Positions 27,376 to 34,555 are shown, counted from the stretch's first letter. The stretch: 38,419 bases of DNA from Gemmatimonadota bacterium (GCA_031372565.1 JANMLN010000026.1:1-38419); one strand, 5' to 3'. A program made the numbers and translations. The notes: generated by a model from the letters alone, not told the origin.

Positions 27376-27492
27376 GCAGCCCTGTCGTCCTGAGCAACGC
27401 TGTCGTCCTGAGCAGCGCGAAGGACCTGCTTTTCGCGAACGACACAAGCAGGTCCTTCGCTGCGCTCAGGACGACAACAGGCTCAGGACGAC
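27364..27492. repeat. REP-like locus F: 18-bp tandem partial copies, inverted doublet and a further partial copy
   Basis: CTGTCGTCCTGAGCA occurs three times at an 18-bp period, and the third extends to a full copy (27402-27431). Reverse copy at 27446-27475; partial GCTCAGGACGAC at 27481-27492. Contains both the arsA and MIP-gene stops. Confidence 0.95.
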
Positions 27493-28211
27493 AGACGAGC
27501 CAGCAGCACCGCCGCGAGCGCGCCCCCGATCATCGGCCCCACCACGGGGATCCAGCTGTACCCCCAGTCGCTGCCACCCTTCCCCGCAATCGGCAGTATC
27601 GCGTGCGCGATGCGCGGCCCGAGATCACGCGCAGGATTGATCGCGTACCCCGTCGGCCCGCCCAGCGACATGCCGACCCCCCACACCACCGCGCCGACGA
27701 ACACCGGCCCGAGGTTGCTCGCAGCGCTCGTACCTTGCGCGGGCGCCGAGAACGCGAGACCGAGCACGAAGATGAGCACGAAGGTGGCAATGATCTCCGC
27801 GATCAGGTTGGGCACGGTGCTGCGGATCGCCGGCGCGTTACAGAAGCACGCGAGCTTTGACGCCTGATCCTTGGTCTCCGCCCAGTGCGGCAGGTAGTGC
27901 AGCCAGACGAGCGTCGCGCCCGCAATCGCGCCACCCATCTGCGCCGCCATGTGCGCGAGGCCGTCGCCCGTGGTGCGCGAGCCACGCATCATGTTCGCGA
28001 GCGTCGCCGCCGGATTGAGTTCGCCCGGCGCGCCCAGTGCGCTCGCCACGAACACGCCGCAGAGCACCGCGATGGCCCAGCCAGCCGTGATCACGATCCA
28101 GCCGCTGTTGTTCGCCTTGGACTTGTCGAGCACCACCCCCGCCACGACGCCATCGCCGAGGAGGATGAGGATCATCGTGCCGAGGAATTCACCGAGTGCG
28201 GAGTGGGGCAT
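27483..28211 (-). CDS. MIP-family aquaglyceroporin (GlpF-like)
   Basis: 'GEFLGTMILILLGDGVVA', two NPA motifs ('GELNPAA' and 'GGPTGYAINPARDLGPR', with the glyceroporin Asp after NPAR) and 'WGYSWIPVVGP'. Confidence 0.92.
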   Translation of the reverse strand: MPHSALGEFLGTMILILLGDGVVAGVVLDKSKANNSGWIVITAGWAIAVLCGVFVASALGAPGELNPAATLANMMRGSRTTGDGLAHMAAQMGGAIAGATLVWLHYLPHWAETKDQASKLACFCNAPAIRSTVPNLIAEIIATFVLIFVLGLAFSAPAQGTSAASNLGPVFVGAVVWGVGMSLGGPTGYAINPARDLGPRIAHAILPIAGKGGSDWGYSWIPVVGPMIGGALAAVLLARLSS

Positions 28212-28221
28212 GCCGTCTCCC

Positions 28222-28299
28222 GTCGTCCTGAGCGAAGCGAAGGACCTGCTTCTGCATGTCCTGCGAGACAAGCAGTTCCTTCGCTTCGCTCAGGATGAC
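28222..28299. repeat. REP-like locus G: inverted doublet
   Basis: Forward copy 28222-28251; reverse copy 28270-28299 with two substitutions. Confidence 0.95.
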
Positions 28300-28309
28300 G
28301 CATGAAGGG

Positions 28310-29950
28310 TTATCGCGCCGAGTCGAATGTCTTGCGCACCGCCTTCGTGCACGCGGGCCACTGCTGCGGCTGCCCGGTGCGCTGATCGTTCGGCAGCGGA
28401 TCCAGCCGATCGCGCGGCATCGGGTTCGGATCGTTGGCCGCCTGCGCTGCCAGCATGGCCACCAGCGTGGCGTTGTTCACCAGATCCTCCGCCACCAGCT
28501 TGTCGAACGTGTCGCGATTGGTGTGCCACGTCGTCCAGCTGTAATCCCAACCCAGCGCACCCAGACCGAACGCCGGTGCACCGTAGCACGCAAAGCTCGC
28601 GTTGTCACTGCCGCCATTCGCCGGCGCACTCGGTGGCGACAGCCGGATCCACTTCGTGAGGTCGCTCGGCATCTCGCGCAGCCACGCGTCCAACCGCGCC
28701 GCCGTGCCCGGCAGCGCGCCCGGCCCCATGACGACCACGCGTCCCGTGCCGTTGTCCTGGTTGAAGAGGGCATAGAGCCCTTGGACCACTTCCGGGTGAT
28801 CCTCGCTGTACGCGCGGGAGCCATTCAGCCCCTGCTCCTCCCCCTGCCAGTGCCCGACACGAATCGTCCGCTTGGGCTGGAACCCGATCGCCTTGAGGAT
28901 GCGCAGCGCCTCCATCATCACCGTGGTGCCCGTGCCGTTGTCCGTCGCACCACTCGACCCGTCCCACGAGTCGAAGTGCGCCGACAGCACGATGAACTCG
29001 TCCGGCTTCTCCGATCCCTTGATCTCGGCGATCGTGTTGAACACCGGCTTGTCGCCCAGAAACTCGCTCTCGGCCGTGATGCGCACGCGCGGCTTCTGCC
29101 CCTTCTCCGCCAGTCGCGCCAACAACCCGTAGTCCTCGCAGCTCACGTCGTAGGTGGGCAGCTGCTGGCGCCACGAGCCGAAGATCTTGTCGATCCCCGG
29201 ATAGCGCGACCAGTTGTGCGCGAGCACGGCCACCGCGCCAGCATCCTTGAGCTTGACCTGGATGGCGGCGGGCGCCGTTCCGAACGCCGCGAGCCGCGTG
29301 CGCCAGCTGGCCGTGAGGGCGTCCTGCTCCTTCGCGTTGCGCGCCTGTGATTCCGGCGTACCGAACTCGGTCCACTGCGCCGCGCTGCGACACGAGAGCG
29401 TCGGCGCGGTCGTGAGGACCGCCTTGCCCTTCACCGACTTGAGCCACTCGGCGGCCGCCGTCGAGTCGGCGAGCTCCGGCACCATGATCACGTCGGCATC
29501 GACCGGCTTGCCCTTGGTCCCGGGGCTCCACGCCAGCATCATCCCCTCAAGCGAGCGGATGCGAGGCGCAATCAGGTCGATGTGCGAGACGCCACGGCGC
29601 CAGCCATTCCACGTGCCGTACTCCTCGCGCTTGGCGGCAATCCCCCATCCCTTGTACTTGGCGATCGCCCAGTCGCTCGCGAGCGTTGCGGCTGGCGAGC
29701 CTGTCAGGCGCGGCCCGACGACGTCGACCAGCTCCTGCGCCAGTGACATGGCCTGCGACCGCTGCATCCCCTCGGCCCACACCTGCTGCAGCGTCGGGTC
29801 CGAGGGCGGGGTCGTGCGGACGTACGCGGGCGCGGGGCTTACCGGCAGGGACTGCGTGGCGGGCGGACCACCGGCCGCGGCGCCCTGTGGACGCTGCGCC
29901 GCTGCGGGCGCGGCAAGAAGGGCGACAAGAGCCAAGGGCGACACACGCAT
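28310..29950 (-). CDS. Secreted M28-family metallopeptidase (carboxypeptidase Q-like)
   Basis: Signal peptide; 'GPRLTGSP', 'SAHFDSWD', 'GATDNGTG', 'GEEQGLNGS', 'GSDNASF' and 'WHTNRDT' motifs. Confidence 0.9.
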   Translation of the reverse strand: MRVSPLALVALLAAPAAAQRPQGAAAGGPPATQSLPVSPAPAYVRTTPPSDPTLQQVWAEGMQRSQAMSLAQELVDVVGPRLTGSPAATLASDWAIAKYKGWGIAAKREEYGTWNGWRRGVSHIDLIAPRIRSLEGMMLAWSPGTKGKPVDADVIMVPELADSTAAAEWLKSVKGKAVLTTAPTLSCRSAAQWTEFGTPESQARNAKEQDALTASWRTRLAAFGTAPAAIQVKLKDAGAVAVLAHNWSRYPGIDKIFGSWRQQLPTYDVSCEDYGLLARLAEKGQKPRVRITAESEFLGDKPVFNTIAEIKGSEKPDEFIVLSAHFDSWDGSSGATDNGTGTTVMMEALRILKAIGFQPKRTIRVGHWQGEEQGLNGSRAYSEDHPEVVQGLYALFNQDNGTGRVVVMGPGALPGTAARLDAWLREMPSDLTKWIRLSPPSAPANGGSDNASFACYGAPAFGLGALGWDYSWTTWHTNRDTFDKLVAEDLVNNATLVAMLAAQAANDPNPMPRDRLDPLPNDQRTGQPQQWPACTKAVRKTFDSAR

Positions 29951-30051
29951 GCGCAGAACCTCCGACAGGGATGGCCGCCCGAGACTGACGCTCGTTGGCA
30001 GCGCGGCAAAGGTACGCGCTAGCTTACAGGGTTGTCACCCCAACCCCCGTT

Positions 30052-30226
30052 GTCGTCCTGAGCGCAGCGAAGGACCTGCTTCCCCCCGTCGTCCTGAGCG
30101 CAGCGAAGGACCTGCTTCTCCCCGTCGTCCTGAGCGCAGCGAAGGACCTGCTTCTCCCCGTCGTCCTGAGAACCGCGAAGGACCTGCTTCTCCCCCGTCG
30201 TCCTGAGCGCAGCGAAGGACCTGCTT
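30052..30226 (+). repeat. REP-like locus H: five-copy direct tandem array
   Basis: Copies start at 30052, 30088, 30124, 30160 and 30197 (period 36,36,36,37) with C-rich 6-7 nt linkers; copy 4 has a variant core (GAGAACCGC). Confidence 0.97.
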
Positions 30227-30286
30227 CTCCCGGATGTCACAAGCACATCCTCACCGTTCGCTGCAGACGTCCACCGCCGAGCCCCC

Positions 30287-31516
30287 ATGCGCCGCTTCTC
30301 CGCCCTGCTCGCCCTCGCGCTTCCCGCTACCATGCCCGCCCAGCGCCCCGCCACCGCCGCCGACTCCCTCGTCGCGCGTGCTCGCGAAATCCACAAGCAC
30401 GTGGTCACCATCGACACGCACGTGGACATTCCGTACCAGTACGGCACCGAGTTCGCCGATCCGGGCCGTCGCGACACCTTCCGCGTCGACTACCCGAAGA
30501 TGAAAGAGGGCGGTCTCGACGCCGTCTTCTTCATCGTGTACGTCGCGCAGGGGGCACGCGCGGGCGAGCAGGCGGAAACGGCACGGGAACTCGCGCTCAC
30601 GAAGTTCGCGGCCATTCGCCGCGCCGTGGCCACCTACAAGGACCGGGTCGCGCTGGCGGAAAAGGCCGACGACGTCGCGAAGATCGCGCGCACGGGCAAG
30701 CTCGTGGCCATGATCGGGATCGAGAATGGCTACGTGATCGGCAAGGATCTGGGGCTGCTCGCGAAGTATCACAAGCTGGGCGCGCGCTACATGACGCTCA
30801 CGCACAACGGCACCAACGAGATCGGCGACCCCGCGATCCATCTGAGCGGTGACACCAAGAACGAATGGGGTGGTCTCTCCCCCTTCGGGCGGCAGGTGGT
30901 GGCCGAGATGAACCGAGTCGGCATCATGGTCGACATCTCGCACAACGGCAAGGCGACCATGATGCAGGCGACCGCGTTGTCGAAGGCGCCGGTCATCGCG
31001 TCGCACTCGGGGATCAAGGCGCTCAACGACCATCCGCGCAACGTCGACGACGAGCAGCTCGACGCGATCAAGCAGTCCGGTGGTGTGGTGCAGGTCGTCG
31101 CACTCGGCGGCTTTCTCAAGCGCACGCCCCCCGAGCGTGAACCGGCGATCCTCGCGCTGGCCACGAAGGTGGGCCTCACGACCGCGCGCGACTCGGCCAA
31201 GCTGACCGTCGCACAGCGGGCGGCTTGGCGCGCCGGCATGACCGAGATCGACGCCAAGTACGGACCCGCGTCGGTCAAGGACCTGGTCGATCACATCGAC
31301 TATGCCGTCAAGCGCATCGGTATCGACCATGTCGGGATCAGCTCCGACTTCGACGGCGGCGGCGGCATCGTCGGCTGGCAGGACGCGAGCGAGACGTTCA
31401 ACGTGACGCTCGAGCTGGTGAAGCGCGGCTACTCGGCCAGCGACATCGAGAAGATCTGGGGCGGCAACCTGATTCGCGTGTGGAAGCGGGTGGAGGCGGT
31501 GGCCAAGTCGTCCTGA
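30287..31516 (+). CDS. Secreted membrane-dipeptidase family (M19) peptidase
   Basis: Signal peptide; 'IDTHVD', 'GIENG', 'RYMTLTH', 'MVDISH', 'IASHS', 'HPRNVDD', 'GISSDFDGG' and 'IWGGN' motifs. Confidence 0.93.
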   Translation: MRRFSALLALALPATMPAQRPATAADSLVARAREIHKHVVTIDTHVDIPYQYGTEFADPGRRDTFRVDYPKMKEGGLDAVFFIVYVAQGARAGEQAETARELALTKFAAIRRAVATYKDRVALAEKADDVAKIARTGKLVAMIGIENGYVIGKDLGLLAKYHKLGARYMTLTHNGTNEIGDPAIHLSGDTKNEWGGLSPFGRQVVAEMNRVGIMVDISHNGKATMMQATALSKAPVIASHSGIKALNDHPRNVDDEQLDAIKQSGGVVQVVALGGFLKRTPPEREPAILALATKVGLTTARDSAKLTVAQRAAWRAGMTEIDAKYGPASVKDLVDHIDYAVKRIGIDHVGISSDFDGGGGIVGWQDASETFNVTLELVKRGYSASDIEKIWGGNLIRVWKRVEAVAKSS

Positions 31517-31646
31517 GCGAAGCGAAGGACCTGCTTCTGTTGTTGGTGAAGAGCACAAGCAGGTCCTTCGCTGTGCGCAGGACGACAACACAAGCAGGTC
31601 CTTCGCTTCGCTCAGGACGACGCAGTCAGTCGCTCGGCTCAGGATG
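31507..31646. repeat. REP-like locus I: one forward, two reverse and one partial copy
   Basis: Forward copy 31507-31536 contains the dipeptidase stop. Reverse copies at 31557-31586 and 31592-31621. Partial GCTCAGGATG at 31637-31646 contains the next gene's stop. Confidence 0.95.
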
Positions 31647-32094
31647 CCTTGACCCTGAGCCCACGCACCATCCCACGCATCGAGTGCGGCGTCTTCGCCG
31701 AGTCCGGCAGCGTGCAGATCAGCGCATAGTCGCGTCCCGGCAGCAGATCGACGGCCAGCGCCGCTTCCACGACCTCACCGGCATCGGCATAGAGCAACCC
31801 GTCGCCGGGGTCGTAGAGTTTCTCGACGTCATCACCGCGCAGCTCCATGCGAAGCACGCTGTCGAGCGGAACGCCCAGCTTCACGCGCGCGATCGCCACC
31901 TCGTGCGCCACACGGCCCGTGTTCCGGAAGTGGAAGCGTGCCGGCCCGGCCGGCAGCGAGTCGGGCGAGACCAAGGCGTACTCGGTACCAGTCACCTCGA
32001 CGTCGCGCGAAGCGGGTGCGCCAGCGCACGCAGCGAGCGCAGAGGACGCGATCGCGCCGCTGAGGATACGGACTCGATGCGCTCGTCGCATCAT
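31639..32094 (-). CDS. Cupredoxin-like lipoprotein 2 (putative type-1 copper site)
   Basis: Lipobox 'ALAAC'; 'FRNTGRVAHE' and 'LICTLPDSAKTPHSMRGM' give H...C-x9-H-x4-M. Confidence 0.72.
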   Translation of the reverse strand: MMRRAHRVRILSGAIASSALAACAGAPASRDVEVTGTEYALVSPDSLPAGPARFHFRNTGRVAHEVAIARVKLGVPLDSVLRMELRGDDVEKLYDPGDGLLYADAGEVVEAALAVDLLPGRDYALICTLPDSAKTPHSMRGMVRGLRVKAS

Positions 32095-32546
32095 CGCACC
32101 GTCAGGATCTTGAACATCCCCAACACCTGGTGCTTGGGGGCACTCGACGAGTCACGGAACTGGCACCAGAGGGCGTAACGCTTGCCGCGTTCGAAGGTGA
32201 CGCTCAAGCGCACCGGGTTGTCGGTCTGCCCTGGCGCCGCGAACAAGACTGCGCTGCCCGTGGCGCGCAGATTGCGCATCGAGCGGCCATGCATGAGCGA
32301 GTCGGCCGCCTCGGCGCTGGACACTCCATCGCGCAGCCGCGCGAGCGCGAGCTCGTGGCGCACGAGGCCGCGCGAGGAGAAGCTCACGAGCGATGCGCCC
32401 GCGTCCACGGTATCGCGCACCGTGAAGGCATAGTCGGTGCCGATGACGTCGAGCGTGCGGAGGGTGCTTGGCGTCGCGCAGGAACCGAGCGCGAGCGCGC
32501 TCAGGATCAAGGGGTGACGGAGCCGATCGGTGAGCTGGGAAGGCAT
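32091..32546 (-). CDS. Cupredoxin-like lipoprotein 1 (putative type-1 copper site)
   Basis: Lipobox 'ALGSC'; 'GLVRHE' and 'LWCQFRDSSSAPKHQVLGM' give H...C-x10-H-x4-M; ATGA overlap with its paralog. Confidence 0.72.
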   Translation of the reverse strand: MPSQLTDRLRHPLILSALALGSCATPSTLRTLDVIGTDYAFTVRDTVDAGASLVSFSSRGLVRHELALARLRDGVSSAEAADSLMHGRSMRNLRATGSAVLFAAPGQTDNPVRLSVTFERGKRYALWCQFRDSSSAPKHQVLGMFKILTVR

Positions 32547-32589
32547 GTCGTACGATGGGGTGAGTCGTGGCGTGGCGGTAGGGGGAGAA

Positions 32590-32630
32590 AAGCAGGTCCT
32601 TCGCTTCGCTCAGGACGACAACTCGCTCAG
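32590..32630 (-). repeat. REP-like locus J: single copy plus a short partial
   Basis: AAGCAGGTCCTTCGCTTCGCTCAGGACGAC at 32590-32619, then CGCTCAG at 32624-32630 containing the dehydrogenase stop. Confidence 0.93.
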
Positions 32631-33784
32631 CCTGACGACGCCACGCGCACCAACATCCCGCCGTCCACGCCGAACCAGAGCGCGCCATCGGGCGCCTGCG
32701 CCACCGCGCGCACGCGCCACCGATGCCCCAGAAACAGCTTCTCCTCGAGGACCACGCGTCCATCGCGGACCTCGAGTCGCGCCAGATGCTGCTTCGCGAG
32801 CGCACTCACGAACAGGCTCCCGCGCCACCCGCCCAGCACCGGCGACGCATAGAACGCCGCTCCACCGGGCGCGATGCTCGGCACCCAGTAGTGCAGCGGC
32901 TGCTCCATCCCGTCCTTGCTCTCAAGCCCATCGTTGATCAGCGGCCCCTTGTACTCGCGCCCGTACGTGATGACGGGCCAGCCATAGTTGCCGCCGCGCG
33001 TGAGGACGTTCACTTCGTCGCCCCCTTTCGGGCCATGCTCGATCTCCCACAGCGCCCCTGTCACCGGATGCTTCACCAGGCCGTGCGGGTTGCGATGGCC
33101 CAGCGACCAGATCTCGGCGAGTGCCCCCGACGTTCCGACAAACGGATTGTCGCTCGGCGCAACGCCGTCGCGCGTCAGGCGCAGCACCTTGCCCCACGGG
33201 CTGCCGAGTGATTGCGCGTGTTCACGCGGGCCATGATCGCCGAGCGCGACAAAGAGGAAGTCGCCGTCGAGCACGATCCGCCCGCCATGCTGCGTACCAC
33301 GCACGATCGCGGGCTTCGCGGTGTACAGCCGCGTGCGCTCGACCAGTGAATCACCCACGAGTCGCGCGCGCTCGACCGCCACCCACGATGCCCCGGCGCT
33401 GTCCTCCGAGAAGGTGTAGTAGAGCCGCCTCGTGGTGCGAAAGGCAGGGTCCACCGCGACGTCGAGCAGCCCGCCGTCTTCGACACTGTTGACCGCAGGC
33501 ACGCCACGCACCTCGCGCACCGTCCCGTTGGCCGACACGATCAGCAGCCGCCCCTTGGTGCGATCGGTCGCGAGCGCGCGACCATCCGGCAGGAAGGCGA
33601 TGGCGAACGGGAGCGCGACATCGCGAGTGACTACGCGCGCCACGAGCGACATCCCCGCGCTCGTGAATCGCCACGTCGTCCCGTTCGGTGCGAGCCCCGT
33701 GTCAGGTGCTGCCTGCGCGACCAACACCGACGGACGCGTGCAGATCACGAACAGCGCGCTCAGGAGCAGCATGCAACGTCGCAT
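32627..33784 (-). CDS. PQQ-dependent soluble sugar dehydrogenase (YliI/Asd-like beta-propeller)
   Basis: Signal peptide; 'GGLLDVAVDP', 'HGGRI', 'GKVLRL', 'EIWSLGHRNPHG', 'EHGPKGGDEVN', 'GGNYGWP' and 'PSIAPGG' motifs. Confidence 0.9.
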   Translation of the reverse strand: MRRCMLLLSALFVICTRPSVLVAQAAPDTGLAPNGTTWRFTSAGMSLVARVVTRDVALPFAIAFLPDGRALATDRTKGRLLIVSANGTVREVRGVPAVNSVEDGGLLDVAVDPAFRTTRRLYYTFSEDSAGASWVAVERARLVGDSLVERTRLYTAKPAIVRGTQHGGRIVLDGDFLFVALGDHGPREHAQSLGSPWGKVLRLTRDGVAPSDNPFVGTSGALAEIWSLGHRNPHGLVKHPVTGALWEIEHGPKGGDEVNVLTRGGNYGWPVITYGREYKGPLINDGLESKDGMEQPLHYWVPSIAPGGAAFYASPVLGGWRGSLFVSALAKQHLARLEVRDGRVVLEEKLFLGHRWRVRAVAQAPDGALWFGVDGGMLVRVASSG

Positions 33785-33990
33785 CAGGTCATCACGGGAC
33801 TGGAGAAGGCGACATCAAGCCTGAACGCAGACGGCGCCGCTCGTGCAACCTACCTCGCGCGTACGCGATGCAACGAACGGACCCACCCCGCGTGATTCTG
33901 GTGACGCTCCCGTCCGCAGTCCGCGATACCGTGTGTCGTCACTCCAACCACGCGGACCCCATGGAACTCATCACTGCATCGCCGCCGGTC

Positions 33991-34284
33991 ATGCGCTTCA
34001 GCTGGGAGCCACGCAACAGCGTGCGCACCCTCCTCGCGCGCGGCTTCGACTTCGAGTTCGCCACCGGCATTTTCACCACGAGCACGCTCGAGCGCATCGA
34101 TCCACGCGCCGACAGCTCGGCGCCCCGCCGCCTCGCAGTCGGCATCGCCGAGGGCATTCCCCTCACGCTGTTGTACGTACAGCGCATGGCCCCCGACGGC
34201 CACCCGGTGCGCCACCTCCTCGCCGCTCGCCAAGCCCTCACCCACGAACACGATGCGTATCTCCACGCCCGCCCATCTGCCTGA
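33991..34284 (+). CDS. BrnT-like toxin, degenerate
   Basis: 'MRFSWE...GFDFEFATGIF...LERIDPR...LAVG...AARQA' follows the BrnT layout, and the gene precedes a BrnA-like ORF. The start may be 33961. Confidence 0.65.
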   Translation: MRFSWEPRNSVRTLLARGFDFEFATGIFTTSTLERIDPRADSSAPRRLAVGIAEGIPLTLLYVQRMAPDGHPVRHLLAARQALTHEHDAYLHARPSA

Positions 34285-34555
34285 GCGTCCCGTACGCGGT
34301 CGGGCCAACCTCCCGCGCCTGCGCCGACTCGCGAACGATGCCATCGCGGCCTCGTCGCCACCCGAACTGGCCGATCTCCCCGCCGACACGTGGCAGGCGG
34401 CCGAACTCGTGCCGCCGGTGCTCAAGTCGCCGCGCGCGCTGCGGCTCGACGCGCACGTGCTCGCCTGGTTTCGCGCGCACGGGCCGCGCACCGAGTCGCG
34501 CATGCGGGCCACCATGCGCGCCTTCATGAAGCGCAACTGGCGACGCGAGAGCTGA
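34253..34555 (+). CDS. BrnA-like antitoxin (ribbon-helix-helix C-terminus), divergent
   Basis: 'LRLDAHVLAWFRAHGP..SRMRATMRAFM' resembles the BrnA C-terminal consensus; overlaps the toxin ORF by 32 nt. Confidence 0.72.
   Translation: MRISTPAHLPERPVRGRANLPRLRRLANDAIAASSPPELADLPADTWQAAELVPPVLKSPRALRLDAHVLAWFRAHGPRTESRMRATMRAFMKRNWRRES

Noticed and set aside
30052..30226. CRISPR array (palindromic 30-bp repeats at regular spacing)
   Set aside because: The linkers are only 6-7 nt and nearly identical rather than unique spacers, there are no cas genes, and the same unit is dispersed in both orientations across the window.
29995..30852. ORF encoding a repeated VVLSAAKDLL peptide, and other ORFs containing KQVLRFAQDD or RSFASLRTT
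   Set aside because: These are translations of the DNA repeat, and the ORF overlaps the real M19 gene out of frame. The same artefact explains the false N-terminal extensions on solA and the MIP gene.
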